Assembly (NCBI GenBank): GCA_038233215.1
Contig: JBBSML010000004.1
Span: forward strand, 11,899-75,898
DNA: 64,000 nt
Direction: 5' to 3'
Source of the DNA: Candidatus Limnocylindria bacterium
Lineage (GTDB): Bacteria; Chloroflexota; Limnocylindria; QHBO01
The notes under the pieces were generated by a model, which did not search any database, was not told the DNA's origin, and saw nothing but the letters and a program-made list of their open reading frames with translations. Positions 39,228 through 53,461 of the stretch are shown piece after piece (the stretch's first letter is position 1; each line of letters starts with the position of its first letter). Both the position numbers and the translations under genes were made by a program.

Positions 39228-40265
39228 CTAGTGCAGCGCCTCGCTCGCCCAGCGGCGGATCAGCTCGTGGTGCGGAGCCCAGGCGCGCCAGGTCTCCTCG
39301 CCCCACTGGCGGACGAGCGCGCCATGTTCGGCGGACGTCGTCGCAGCCAGCACGTCTCGAACGGTCAGTGCGTAGGTGAGGGGCGGCTCGAGCCAGGGCC
39401 AGTCCCGATCGCCGCTCGCGAGTCGCTGGGTGATCGGATTCAGCTCCCGCATGCCCATGCCGTGCTCGAGCCAATGGCACAGGCCGATCAGGTGGAGCGC
39501 CACGGACTGCCGCTGCCGTCGTTCGTCCCGGCCCGGATGCTGAACGGTATACACATCCACCGTGTGCCGATGGATCCAGCCGTAGCCGGGGTCGCCGAAC
39601 TCGCGGGCAAGGACCTCCCCGAACGCAGCCCAGCAGGCCGGCGAGGCGCCGATGTACTCGTGGGTCGCATCCTGGCGCACCGGCTGGAAGAGCGCGTCGC
39701 ATCCCGGACACGGTTCACCCAGGGCGGCGAGGTCGGTGGGAGTATCGACGTCTGGGGCATGAAGCTGGACATCGACGGCCGTGACGAGGTCCGGGTGATC
39801 GATGAGGATGGCTCGGAGCCCCTCGTCACCCGTGGCGGCATTCGCCATCGCGAAGGCCTCGCGCCGTAGCAGGACCGGTGGACCCAACCGACCCTCTGCC
39901 CTGGCGGCCACGACCCGGCGGTCGGTCGCCGCGCCTGCCAGTACGGCCCGGACGGTCCTGAGTGCCATGGTCGGCTGGTCGCCGAGCAGGATCAGTGCGG
40001 CCTCGATCTCGGCGGGCACCGCGGCGAGACCGATGCGGAGCGAGTGGCTGAGACCGCTGGAAGGGGCGGTGTTGAGCGCCGGCAGCACTCCAGCGGGGAC
40101 GGCCAGTCCCGGCGGGACGACCGAAATCACGGGATCGAGGCCCGACCCACGGGCCAGCATGACCACCGCCTCCAGCAAGGTTCTCCTGCCGATCAAGGCG
40201 AGCTGCTTGGGAGACTCGAACCGCTTCGAGGTCCCGGCGGCAAGGATCACGGCGGCGGTCTGCAT
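39228..40265 (-). CDS. MocA/MobA-like nucleotidyltransferase fused to DUF5946-like domain
   Basis: ILAAGTSKRF..PKQL, LGDQP, GDEG.R, DVDTP.DL; then CPGC...YIGASPACW...VDVYTVQHP...VALHLIGLC. Confidence 0.8.
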   Translation of the reverse strand: MQTAAVILAAGTSKRFESPKQLALIGRRTLLEAVVMLARGSGLDPVISVVPPGLAVPAGVLPALNTAPSSGLSHSLRIGLAAVPAEIEAALILLGDQPTMALRTVRAVLAGAATDRRVVAARAEGRLGPPVLLRREAFAMANAATGDEGLRAILIDHPDLVTAVDVQLHAPDVDTPTDLAALGEPCPGCDALFQPVRQDATHEYIGASPACWAAFGEVLAREFGDPGYGWIHRHTVDVYTVQHPGRDERRQRQSVALHLIGLCHWLEHGMGMRELNPITQRLASGDRDWPWLEPPLTYALTVRDVLAATTSAEHGALVRQWGEETWRAWAPHHELIRRWASEALH

Positions 40266-40331
40266 GAACTCATTCTGCACCCGTGTCCCGGCCGCCCGCG
40301 GGCCGTCGCGTTGGGCGCGTACCATCCCGGG

Positions 40332-40823
40332 ATGACGGATTCGCGACCATTGGCCGCCGGCGCTCGGTACGGGCACACGAACGTGATCGCCCGCGATTGG
40401 AACGTACTGGCAGCCTTCTACGAGAGCGTGTTCGGATGCCTTCCGGTTCCACCGGAGCGCGACTACTCGGGAGCGGCCCTCGAGCGTGGCACGGGCGTTG
40501 CCGGCGCGGCGTTCCGCGGAGTCCACCTCCGGTTGCCGGGTTGCGGGCCTGACGGACCGACGCTCGAGATCTATACGTATGCCGAAAACGCCGACAGTGC
40601 CGGGGCGGCCTCGCCCAACCGCGTGGGGTGGGGACATGTGGCCTTTGTTGTCGACGACGTGGACCAGGCCCGGACTGCGGTATTGGGCGCGGGAGGCGGC
40701 ATCGTCGGTGACGTCGTCACGACGCAAACCTCGGACGGACGGCGCGTCACGTGGTGCTACCTCACCGATCCCGAGGGAAACATCCTCGAGCTTCAGAGCT
40801 GGTCACCGCCTGCGGATGCCTGA
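40332..40823 (+). CDS. VOC/glyoxalase family protein
   Basis: YGHTNV, TLEIY, GHVAF.VDD, YLTDPEGNILELQ. Confidence 0.88.
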   Translation: MTDSRPLAAGARYGHTNVIARDWNVLAAFYESVFGCLPVPPERDYSGAALERGTGVAGAAFRGVHLRLPGCGPDGPTLEIYTYAENADSAGAASPNRVGWGHVAFVVDDVDQARTAVLGAGGGIVGDVVTTQTSDGRRVTWCYLTDPEGNILELQSWSPPADA

Positions 40824-42402
40824 GCGCTACCACGTTCTCATCGAGAATGGGACAGTGGTCGACGGCAGCGGCGAGCCCGGCTTTGCGGCGGCCGTCGGCG
40901 TCCGCGACGGACGCCTCGCGGTCATCCGCACCAAGACCGACGAGCTTGCCGCGGAACGGCGAATCGACGCCAGAGGGCTGGTGGTGAGCCCCGGCTTCAT
41001 CGACCTGCACAGCCACTCGGGGCTCATGATCTTCGCCGATCCGTTGCACGAGCCCAAGGTTCGCCAGGGCGTGACCACCGAGGTCATCGGCGTGGATGGC
41101 CTCAGCTACGCCCCGATCGACGACCCAGAGGATCTCGAGGCGCTGGTCGAGATGAATGCCGGCCTCGATGGGCGGCCCGATATCGCCTACGACTGGTCGA
41201 GCGTCGAGAGGTATCTCGATCGACTCGAAGCGCTGCGCCCCAGCCTCAACCTGGCGTACCTGGTCGGGAATTCGGCGCTTCGCATCGGCGCCATCGGGTG
41301 GGATGAAGCGGAAGCCACGGCTGCGCAGGTGCAGGACATGCGCGCCATGCTGCGCGAGGCGATGGAGCAGGGCGCCATCGGTCTCTCGTCGGGCCTTGAC
41401 TATCCGCCGGGTTCGTACGCGGATACGGATGAGCTGGCAGCCCTGACGTCAGAAGCCGGTCTGTATCACACCCATGTGCGCTATCTACTCGGCGACCGGT
41501 ATCTCGACCCGTTCCGGGAGGCCATCGAGATCGGGAGGCGCGGCGATGGTGCCGTGCACATCACGCACTTCTATCACCGCGAAACCTTCCCGGGTGGGCC
41601 CGGGCCCATGCTGGAGCTCGTCGACGACGCGCGATCCGATGGTCTCGACGTGACATTCGACACCTACCCCTACGAGTGGGCAAGCACGCGGTTGCTCATC
41701 ATGATCCCGCCCTGGGTCCAGGCTGGTGGGCCGATGCCGACGAAGGAACGCTTGGCCGACCCTGGTATCCGTGACCGCATTCGGCGCGAGCTGGGTGATC
41801 GCGGCGTCCTGTTCGCGGGTCGACGAGCGTGGGACGACGTCCGGCTCGGGGCCTTCATGACGCCCGACCTGCTGCGCTGGGAGGGTCACACGCTCGGGGA
41901 CGTCATCGCCGACCGCGGGGATGACCCGGTCGACGTTCTGTGCGACCTGCTCCTCGCCGAAGGGCTTCGCCTCAACCAGGTCACGCCCGGACCGTGGACC
42001 GAGTCGCTGCGCGAGTTCATCCGGCATCCGGTGGGGATGATCGGTACTGATTCCACGTTCGTGGGTACCAAACCGTCGCCGCGCACCTATGGCTCATTCC
42101 CGCGGGTTCTGGGGCAATTCGTGCGCGAGGAAGCGCTCATGAGCCTCGAGGAGGCCGTGCGTTCGATGACGTCGGCGGCCGCGTCCCGACTGGGACTGGC
42201 GGATCGAGGACTGGTCCGGGACGGGTTGGTCGCCGATCTCGTCGTGTTCGACCCCGACCGGGTGCGTTCCAATGCCACCTACGACAATCCGTGCCAGTAC
42301 CCTGACGGCATCGATTGGGTCCTCGTCGGTGGCGAGGTCGTCGTGGAACAGGGAACGCACACCGGCGCTCGTCCGGGGCGAGTCCTCAGGGGTGGTAGAT
42401 AG
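40816..42402 (+). CDS. N-acyl-D-amino-acid deacylase family amidohydrolase
   Basis: PGFIDLHSH, QGVTTE, SSGLDYPPG, FDTYPY, PRTYGSFPRVLG, ADLVVFDP. Confidence 0.88.
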   Translation: MPERYHVLIENGTVVDGSGEPGFAAAVGVRDGRLAVIRTKTDELAAERRIDARGLVVSPGFIDLHSHSGLMIFADPLHEPKVRQGVTTEVIGVDGLSYAPIDDPEDLEALVEMNAGLDGRPDIAYDWSSVERYLDRLEALRPSLNLAYLVGNSALRIGAIGWDEAEATAAQVQDMRAMLREAMEQGAIGLSSGLDYPPGSYADTDELAALTSEAGLYHTHVRYLLGDRYLDPFREAIEIGRRGDGAVHITHFYHRETFPGGPGPMLELVDDARSDGLDVTFDTYPYEWASTRLLIMIPPWVQAGGPMPTKERLADPGIRDRIRRELGDRGVLFAGRRAWDDVRLGAFMTPDLLRWEGHTLGDVIADRGDDPVDVLCDLLLAEGLRLNQVTPGPWTESLREFIRHPVGMIGTDSTFVGTKPSPRTYGSFPRVLGQFVREEALMSLEEAVRSMTSAAASRLGLADRGLVRDGLVADLVVFDPDRVRSNATYDNPCQYPDGIDWVLVGGEVVVEQGTHTGARPGRVLRGGR

Positions 42403-42513
42403 GATCCACGTCCTCCATACGCCAACATGGTCGGCCCCTTGCGACTGGCAGCCAGCCCGAACTCACGTCGAGGGATCCGCGGCGATTGCCAATCGAAACG
42501 GTAGGATGCACCG

Positions 42514-44907
<2,394 letters not shown>

Positions 44908-44926
44908 TGACGCGGGTCAACGTGCC

Positions 44927-45394
44927 ATGAGCTTCCAATTCGCCGTCAACGGCGCAGCAGTCGAGGTGGAAGCAACCGGCACCCGCCGCCTTCTGGATGT
45001 CCTCCGTGAAGATCTCGGCCTCACGGGAACGAAGGAAGGCTGCGGCGAGGGCGAATGTGGTGCGTGCAGCGTCATCATCGACGGCGCGGTGGTCGACGCG
45101 TGTCTCGTACCGGTGAGCCAGGTCACCGGTACATCCGTCCGAACGGTCGAAGGACTTGCGGATGACGGGCGCCTGAACACGCTGCAGCAGGCATTCCTGG
45201 AGACCGGTGGCGCGCAATGCGGCATCTGCACGCCCGGGATGCTCATGGCCGGCGACGCATTCCTGGCTTCAGGGGCGGATCCGACCGAGGACAACATTCG
45301 CGAGGCGATCGCCGGCAACCTGTGCCGCTGCACCGGATATACGAAGATCATCGACGCCATCGCGCTCGCAGCCGAACGGAGTGCTCACCCATGA
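44927..45394 (+). CDS. Xanthine dehydrogenase family 2Fe-2S subunit
   Basis: GCGEGECGAC, QCGICTPG, GNLCRCTGY. Confidence 0.95.
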   Translation: MSFQFAVNGAAVEVEATGTRRLLDVLREDLGLTGTKEGCGEGECGACSVIIDGAVVDACLVPVSQVTGTSVRTVEGLADDGRLNTLQQAFLETGGAQCGICTPGMLMAGDAFLASGADPTEDNIREAIAGNLCRCTGYTKIIDAIALAAERSAHP

Positions 45395-45528
45395 CCGATA
45401 CGACCGAGCCCCTCAACCAGGCGCTCGATGACCACGACATCACCCTCGCCTTGACGCCCGGCCAGCTCGTCCTGCTGGCGATCGGCATCTTCGTTCTGCT
45501 TCGCGTCCTTCGAGGCCTCAAGCGCTAG
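45391..45528 (+). CDS. 45-aa single-TM protein inside the xdh operon
   Basis: ATGA overlap with 2Fe-2S stop, GGAG SD; LVLLAIGIFVLL TM plus basic tail; ends 4 nt before FAD subunit. Confidence 0.65.
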   Translation: MTDTTEPLNQALDDHDITLALTPGQLVLLAIGIFVLLRVLRGLKR

Positions 45529-45532
45529 ACAT

Positions 45533-46405
45533 ATGCCGAACGCCGTCGAGCCACCCTCCGAATCTCCCACGCGCCTGGAGGCGGCGTATGCGCTGCTCGC
45601 CGATACGTCCGACTCACCATGGCGGCCACTGGCCGGCGGCACCGACCTCATGGTGACCATGAGCGGCGAGATCGGCGAGCCACCGGAGCGCGTGCTCGAC
45701 ATCTGGGCGCTCGACGAACTTCGAGGCATAGCTGTCGAAGCCGATACGCTCGTCATCGGCGCACTGACGACCTACACCGAACTACGGCATTCCGAGGTGG
45801 TCGCCGAGTCCGCTCCTGCGCTGGCGGAGGCCGCGGCAACGATCGGCGCGGCTCAGATCCAGAACCGTGGAACGATCGGCGGCAACGTCGTCAACGCCTC
45901 CCCCGCTGGCGACACGTTGCCGGTCCTGCTGGCCCTCGGTGCTGAGATGGTTCTCGGGTCCGCGAACGGCGAACGCACGGTGCCTGCGGATGGCTTCTGG
46001 CCGTCATATCGCGCAACGGCGCGGCGCGACGATGAGCTGCTGGTTCGCATCCGAATTCCGCTGGTACAGGGTCGACAGGTTCGTTTCCGCAAGATCGGCA
46101 CGCGCCGGGCACAGGCCATCAGCAAGGTCGTGATGGCGCTGGCCTGGCGCTCCTCAGCTGAGGACGGACCCTGGACCGATGTACGCCTCGCTCTCGGGTC
46201 GGTAGCGGCAACCCCGGTGCGAGCACCGGCGACGGAGTCGACGCTGGAAGGAGCACGCCCCACCCGTGAGACGGCCGATGCCGCAGTCGAGGCCCTCAGC
46301 GCAGAGCTCGAACCGATCGACGACGTGCGTTCCACCGCCGACTACCGGCGGCTCGTGGCCGGCCGCGTCCTGCATCGGCTCGTCCGCGATGCCGGCGGCT
46401 GGTGA
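45533..46405 (+). CDS. Xanthine dehydrogenase family FAD-binding subunit
   Basis: LAGGTDL, QIQNRGTIGGN..NASPAGD, PIDDVRSTADYR. Confidence 0.94.
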   Translation: MPNAVEPPSESPTRLEAAYALLADTSDSPWRPLAGGTDLMVTMSGEIGEPPERVLDIWALDELRGIAVEADTLVIGALTTYTELRHSEVVAESAPALAEAAATIGAAQIQNRGTIGGNVVNASPAGDTLPVLLALGAEMVLGSANGERTVPADGFWPSYRATARRDDELLVRIRIPLVQGRQVRFRKIGTRRAQAISKVVMALAWRSSAEDGPWTDVRLALGSVAATPVRAPATESTLEGARPTRETADAAVEALSAELEPIDDVRSTADYRRLVAGRVLHRLVRDAGGW

Positions 46406-46998
46406 TGGAGATCCCGACCGCGACGGTTTTCGAGAACCCGGCCGAGTTCCGCGCCTGGCTCGAGGAGCACCACGACCGTGAGACCGAGCTGTGGGTTGGC
46501 TACTACCGAAAGGGTGTGCCAAAGACGTCGATGACGTACCCCGAGGCCGTGGAGGAGGCGCTGTGCTTCGGCTGGATCGATGGCGTGGGACGCCGCATCG
46601 ACGATGAGGTGTCCGCCAATCGGTTCACGCCGCGTACGAAGCGCAGTACGTGGAGCGCGGTGAACGTGGCGCGCATCGGCGAGCTCATTGTCACCGGGCG
46701 AGTCCATCCGGCAGGGCTGCGCGCTTTCGAGGCGCGGACGGCCGACAACACCGGCATCTATTCGTACGAGAACCGGCCCGCGGACCTGCCGGATACCTAT
46801 CGTGCGCAGTTGCACGCGAACACGGCCTCGTGGAGCTGGTGGCAGGCGCAGACGCCCGGATATCGGCGTGCGGCGACCTGGTGGGTCGTATCGGCCAAGC
46901 AGGAGACGACCCGTGACCGGCGGCTGGCGACTCTGATCGAGGACTGCGCGGCTGGTCAGATGATCAAACCGATGCGGTACGGCCGACATGCGGAGTGA
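46402..46998 (+). CDS. YdeI/OmpD-associated family protein
   Basis: FRAWLEEHH, AVEEALCFGWIDG, RFTPR..S.WS.VN, SAKQETTR.RRL. Confidence 0.9.
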   Translation: MMEIPTATVFENPAEFRAWLEEHHDRETELWVGYYRKGVPKTSMTYPEAVEEALCFGWIDGVGRRIDDEVSANRFTPRTKRSTWSAVNVARIGELIVTGRVHPAGLRAFEARTADNTGIYSYENRPADLPDTYRAQLHANTASWSWWQAQTPGYRRAATWWVVSAKQETTRDRRLATLIEDCAAGQMIKPMRYGRHAE

Positions 46999-47109
46999 GC
47001 GCGTGTCGGCCAGCCAACACCTGCACTGTCGGGCGCGGTCCAGGCATCGCACGACAACATGGGTGGCGTCATGTGGTGCCGGTCCCTCGCGGGCTGGGAC
47101 AATGCCCAG

Positions 47110-48687
<1,578 letters not shown>

Positions 48688-48772
48688 CGATCGCGGAACA
48701 GAACCCTCGCGCATCTGCCTATCGCGACACGCTTGCAGGCGGCGGCCGAGGATGCGTGCAGGATGCTCTCAC

Positions 48773-50629
48773 CTACGGCCGGTAGACCCTCACGTAGTCG
48801 AACTCGGCGGTAAATCCGTCGCCGCCCATGGATACGAGGCCGATTCGAGCGTTGGAACCGAGGTCGTGCGTCCACACGCCACCGCGGACCCAGTTGACGC
48901 CATCGTCACTGGTGTAGGCGCGATAGTGCTCCTCGCCATCGATGTCACGCTTGGCGATTCGCAGCCAGGTCCACTCGCCGGGAGGTCCGACGACGGTGTT
49001 GCCGTACGGTCGCAGCGCCTGCGCTGGCGGTACTTCCTTGGCAAACTCGGTCTGGCGCGTCTCCCAGATCGAGACGTGCGCCAGCTTCACGTAGCTGTCG
49101 TCGCCGGCGTAGACCACGAGGCCCGCCTGGGTGTAGTTGAAGCAGCATCCGTCCGCCGGAACGTTCAACCGCACCTTGGTCTCGACGATGTAGTCGCCGC
49201 CCGGCATCGGCTGCGTCAGCACGGATGCGCTGTTGCTGCCCTCGTACAGGTCCGCGGCCTGGGTGTCGAACGCGAACACGCCACCGCCAACGCTCCACTC
49301 AGCGGTCTCACCGCGCACCCAACGCCATCGGTTACGCAGGTCCTGGCCGTCAAACTCGTCGGAGAGCCCCTTGACGGCCGTCCGTGGCTCATCCCATGCC
49401 GCGAGGACTGCGAAATATGCTGTCGTGTCACCGGGCTGCGCGGCCGGCGCGGGCATCGGCTCATCGGACGCCCAGAGGCCGCCGCGCACCTGCGGCCAGC
49501 CATCAACCCAGTCGACCGGATCAATCAGGAGCGGGCGCTTGGTGAAGCCGGGGGCGCCGGCAAAGTACGGATCTTCCCGATCGACGGCGTGGTACGTGGT
49601 CCACCACTGTCCGTCGAAGTCGATCAGCACGCTGTTGTGGCCCGTGCCCACCCATCGATTGCCGTTCATGCTGAGCACCGGCGTACCGCCGACGCGCGAT
49701 TCGAGCAGCGAGGAACCGACCTGGTCGACGAATGGACCGGTCGGGGACGACGAACGACCGACGAACACGCTGTAGCCGGTCAGCGGACCGCGGCAACAGT
49801 CGGTCGCCGACACGAACAGGTAGTAGTGACCGTCGCGGTAGGCGACCTCCGCGCCTTCATAGCGATTGGCGATCGTGATCTGGGTCGACATGGCCGCGGG
49901 AGCGGTCAGGACGCCTCCATCTGCGATCAGCAGGTCGCGCACGAAGATGCCACCGTAGTAGCTGCCGAAGTAGATGTGGAGATTACCGGACTCATCGGCG
50001 AGGACCTCGGGATCGAAGGTCCAGAAGAAGTTGCAGCCACCACCGCCTCGACGCGGTTCGACCAGAGGCCTGCCTGAATCCACCCACGGCCCGGTCGGTG
50101 AGGCGCTGGTGGCATATCCGATGGCATTGTCGCTCGAACAGCCAGGCTCCCCGCTGACTTCGTCCTTCACGTCGGTGATGCCATAGAAGAGGTAGTACGT
50201 CTCGCCGATCTGCTTGATCTCCGGGGCCCACATCCCGGCCGTCGGCTCGCCCCACGCGGGAACGGAGGTGAAGGCGTCGTTGACGTAGGTCCATGTCACG
50301 AGGTCCTCCGACCGTAGCGTCGGAAGCTTATGGAAGTTGAAATCCCCATCGGCATTGCGGTCGCCCGCGTTCAGCGGATCGGACGTGCAGTAGGTGTACC
50401 AGTACCCATCCGCATAGAACGTGGACGGGTCGGCGCAGCTCTCAACGACACCGTCGCCCGGCAGCGCCGCAAGGAGCGGATTGTCGTACGAGTCAGCAGC
50501 CAGGATCGATGACGGACGAACCGCCTGCCCCAGCAGTGCGCCAAGCAGCAGCAGAGCCGCAATGAAGGCAGGAAGCACGCGGGAGGAGGTCCCGCGACCG
50601 AGATCCAGGTCGATGGTCGGACGGTGCAC
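48773..50629 (-). CDS. Secreted GH43 glycoside hydrolase with C-terminal beta-sandwich
   Basis: Signal-like hydrophobic N-terminus; CADP, MWAPE, FDP, YEG catalytic motifs, GTGHNS. Confidence 0.88.
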   Translation of the reverse strand: MHRPTIDLDLGRGTSSRVLPAFIAALLLLGALLGQAVRPSSILAADSYDNPLLAALPGDGVVESCADPSTFYADGYWYTYCTSDPLNAGDRNADGDFNFHKLPTLRSEDLVTWTYVNDAFTSVPAWGEPTAGMWAPEIKQIGETYYLFYGITDVKDEVSGEPGCSSDNAIGYATSASPTGPWVDSGRPLVEPRRGGGGCNFFWTFDPEVLADESGNLHIYFGSYYGGIFVRDLLIADGGVLTAPAAMSTQITIANRYEGAEVAYRDGHYYLFVSATDCCRGPLTGYSVFVGRSSSPTGPFVDQVGSSLLESRVGGTPVLSMNGNRWVGTGHNSVLIDFDGQWWTTYHAVDREDPYFAGAPGFTKRPLLIDPVDWVDGWPQVRGGLWASDEPMPAPAAQPGDTTAYFAVLAAWDEPRTAVKGLSDEFDGQDLRNRWRWVRGETAEWSVGGGVFAFDTQAADLYEGSNSASVLTQPMPGGDYIVETKVRLNVPADGCCFNYTQAGLVVYAGDDSYVKLAHVSIWETRQTEFAKEVPPAQALRPYGNTVVGPPGEWTWLRIAKRDIDGEEHYRAYTSDDGVNWVRGGVWTHDLGSNARIGLVSMGGDGFTAEFDYVRVYRP

Positions 50630-50718
50630 GCTATCTCCATCATCTGCTGCGACTGGTTCCGAGCCGATGGGTACTCAGGCAAGCAGGGCGCATCGGCATC
50701 GGATGACTTGCATGCACC

Positions 50719-51311
50719 TTAGTCGGTCGCGCGCGGGCAGGCAACGTCTCCGCGCCATTGGCGCAGTCCCACGCAATCGAGGTCCCAGAACACGCGCGAG
50801 TACACCACCGTCCCGGTCATCCAGTCTTCATAGGTTGGATGTCGTATCACCTGGAACGCGGGTTCCGGAATGCGCAGCGAGGGACGACGAAAGCCATGCT
50901 CGCCAGCGGGCTGGAAGCCAAAGCGCCGGTAGTACGTGGGCGAGCCCTCGAGGAATACGAGGGGCTCAGAGCGTCGCGCCACGTGTCGAAGCCCGTGGCG
51001 AACAAGGGCCGTACCCACCCCGTTGCCCTGACAGGCAGTCACGACGGAGACCGGCTGAGCACCAGGACCTCGACGAGTCGCCGCGGCGCGTCGAGCAGCG
51101 ACCGGGTGAAGAGGATGTGACCGATCAGCTGCCCGGCTCGCTCGGCCACAAACGACAGACCCTCGATCCAGTCGGGCGACGTCCGCAGCGCGTCCGCGAG
51201 ATCCGCGACGACCCGCTCGCCAAAGGCGTCTTCGATGACCGTCCGTACCTCCGTCTCCTCTCCAGGCAGCTCCGGTCGGTATCGAACTATGGGCATGGGC
51301 GTCTCATCCAT
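50719..51311 (-). pseudogene. GNAT (YhbS-like) acetyltransferase split by a frameshift near 51052
   Basis: Upstream frame LSFVAE...GHILF...VLVLS continues in another frame as VSVVTACQGNGVGTALV...EGSPTYYRRFGF. Confidence 0.8.
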
Positions 51312-52212
51312 CGGCCAATGGCTCCGCGACCTCGCGTGCCATGGCGGCCAGGCCATCGGGCCCAGCAGCAGCGGGCACCCCAAGGATCACGTGGTTGGCG
51401 CCGGCGGCGACGAAGCGCCGAGCGGTCGCCAGCGACGTCCTCCGCGTCTTCGCCGACGCTCCGCAGTCGAGCTGTGCGGCGAACGTGAAGTTGTGGGGAT
51501 CACGTCCAGCCATCGAAAGGGCGTGACGGATCTCATCGCGCTTCTCCGCGAAGTACGCAACATCCCCGGGTCGATTCCCCGGCATCGGCCAACCTTCGGC
51601 GTATTGAACGGCGAGCCGAATCCCGCGAGTGCGCTGCCCACCGAGCCAGATCGCCGGTCCACCCGTGCGTACCGGACGCGGTTCGATCGTCGCGCCGCGA
51701 AGTGGAAAGAGCGGGTCCTCCAGGGTCACCCCCCGTCCGGCCGCCGCATCCTCACCGAAGAGAGCCGTCACGGTCCTCACAGTCGCCTCGAGCCGGTCGA
51801 ACCTCTCAGGCAGGGGCGGTAGCCGGACGCCGAACGCGTCGTGCTCGCCTTCGTGCCAGCCAGCTCCGATGCCCAGGATGAACCGGCCACCGGTCACGTT
51901 GTCAAGGACGGTGGCAGCCTTGGCCATCACGGCGGGATGGCGGAATGTCGCCGATGCGACCGCGACACCGAGCCAGCGGCCGGGAACAGTGTGGGCCAGC
52001 GCAGCGAGCGTCGTGAACGCTTCGAATGCAACGCCACCTCGCTCGCGATTCGCGTCCGCGAGGTGATCGCTCATCCATCCGGCATCGAACACGGCGAAGG
52101 TGCCGGCGCGCTCCCACATGGCACGGAGCGTGGACCAGTCCAGGTCGGCTGACTCCGTCGCCGAGACGCGAAAGCCAATGGGGCCGGGACGGCTCCCGCC
52201 CTGCTCGTTCAC
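51304..52212 (-). CDS. LLM-class flavin-dependent oxidoreductase
   Basis: WMSDHL, FRHPAVMAK, GRFILGIGAGWHEGEH, IWLGG; start approximate. Confidence 0.85.
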   Translation of the reverse strand: MNEQGGSRPGPIGFRVSATESADLDWSTLRAMWERAGTFAVFDAGWMSDHLADANRERGGVAFEAFTTLAALAHTVPGRWLGVAVASATFRHPAVMAKAATVLDNVTGGRFILGIGAGWHEGEHDAFGVRLPPLPERFDRLEATVRTVTALFGEDAAAGRGVTLEDPLFPLRGATIEPRPVRTGGPAIWLGGQRTRGIRLAVQYAEGWPMPGNRPGDVAYFAEKRDEIRHALSMAGRDPHNFTFAAQLDCGASAKTRRTSLATARRFVAAGANHVILGVPAAAGPDGLAAMAREVAEPLADG

Positions 52213-52389
52213 GAGTTGCAGAATGACACGTCCGAGGACCGAGCGTGGAAAACGGCTCCATGGGCCCCGACGGGAGCATGACCGATGGAAAAGGAGGTGC
52301 GCGTTCCAGTCATAGGAGGCAGACTGGATCACTGACCGCTTGCGGTCCCCCAGCAGCGATCCCGGACTACCGCACACCTGGAGATCTTC

Positions 52390-52767
52390 ATGCTCAAAGA
52401 CAGCGCCGCCTTCTCAGGATTCTCGTCCAACGATGTCCCGAAGGCAAAGGAATTCTACGGCCAGACGCTTGGGCTCGACGTGTCCGAGGAGAATGGCATG
52501 CTCACGCTCGAGATCGCGGGCGGGCAGACGGTCCTCATCTATCCCAAGGAGGACCACGAGCCGGCAACGTACACGATTCTCAACTTCCCGGTGAAGGACA
52601 TCGAGAACGCGGTTGATGCACTCGCCGAGCGCGGCATCGCGTTCGAGCAGTACGGAGAGGGCATGCACCAGGACGAGCGCGGAATCATGCGGGGCGAAGG
52701 GCCGCCCATCGCCTGGTTCAAGGACCCGGCCGGCAACATCCTCTCGATCCTCCAGACCGAGCCCTGA
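52390..52767 (+). CDS. VOC/glyoxalase-bleomycin resistance family protein
   Basis: [33 protein letters not shown]. Confidence 0.9.
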   Translation: MLKDSAAFSGFSSNDVPKAKEFYGQTLGLDVSEENGMLTLEIAGGQTVLIYPKEDHEPATYTILNFPVKDIENAVDALAERGIAFEQYGEGMHQDERGIMRGEGPPIAWFKDPAGNILSILQTEP

Positions 52768-52800
52768 CAGATTCGGACGGAAGACGAATCAGACTGACCG

Positions 52801-53326
52801 ATGCAGACGACCGAGGCCGTCAAGCTCTTCGACTATCTCTACTGGGCGCGAGACGCGGTCCTTCGTGCCGCTGCCGAGTTGAGTAGTGATGAATTCATTT
52901 CGACGGACAGCGTGACTGATCGTGACCTGCGAGCCACGCTCGTGCACGAGCTGGACGTTGAATGGAGCTGACGTGAGCGCCTGAAAGGGGCCGATTGGGA
53001 TGAATGGGGTGACGATGCCGACCTGAGTGCGAGTGACTACCCCTCCCTCGAATCCGTGCGAGATCACTGGATGCGCGACGAGGCGGAGATGCGCGCCTGG
53101 CTGGCTCTACTCACCGATGAGGACCTCGACGCTCCGCCACCTCGCGACGAGGACCCCCTTCCCCTGTGGTACTACGTCATGCATCTCACACGGAATCCAG
53201 CAGCTCAGCGAGGCAGCGGTACTCCTGACGAGGGCCAACCACTCGCCCGGCGACATCGGTTTCCTCGAATTCGCACACGACCGCTCGGGCCACGGCCAGG
53301 CGAGCGAGTCGCAAAATCAATGGTGA
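52801..53326 (+). pseudogene. DinB family protein, disrupted (in-frame TGA at 52969 and frameshift near 53188)
   Basis: LFDYLYWARD...LRATLVHELDVEWS*RERL...PLWYYVMHL / HGIQQLSEAAVLLT..HSPGDIGFL. Confidence 0.82.
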
Positions 53327-53345
53327 CGTGGCACGGAAACCGTGG

Positions 53346-53461
53346 TACGCTTTCGGAAGCAACGCCCAGCTTGGGCATAACATCGCGGCAGCACGAACGC
53401 TCCTCTCACGGTCTTAACGGCGAGATGGCTCGCTGAGGCCGCACAAGAGGAGTGTTTTTCT
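53346..53461 (+). promoter_or_regulatory. Promoter and structured 5' leader sequestering the SD of the zinc-ribbon gene
   Basis: TG-G-TACGCT extended -10; AACGCTCCTCT (53396-53406) pairs with AGAGGAGTGTT (53446-53456). Confidence 0.6.

Noticed and set aside
39228-40727. 499-aa version of the MocA fusion and other extended ORF-track starts
   Set aside because: The extensions overlap genuine opposite-strand or upstream genes; homology and promoter spacing support the shorter starts
52969-52971. TGA in dinB as selenocysteine or Trp recoding
   Set aside because: TGA terminates many genes in this window, and the same gene also has a frameshift, so pseudogene is the simpler reading
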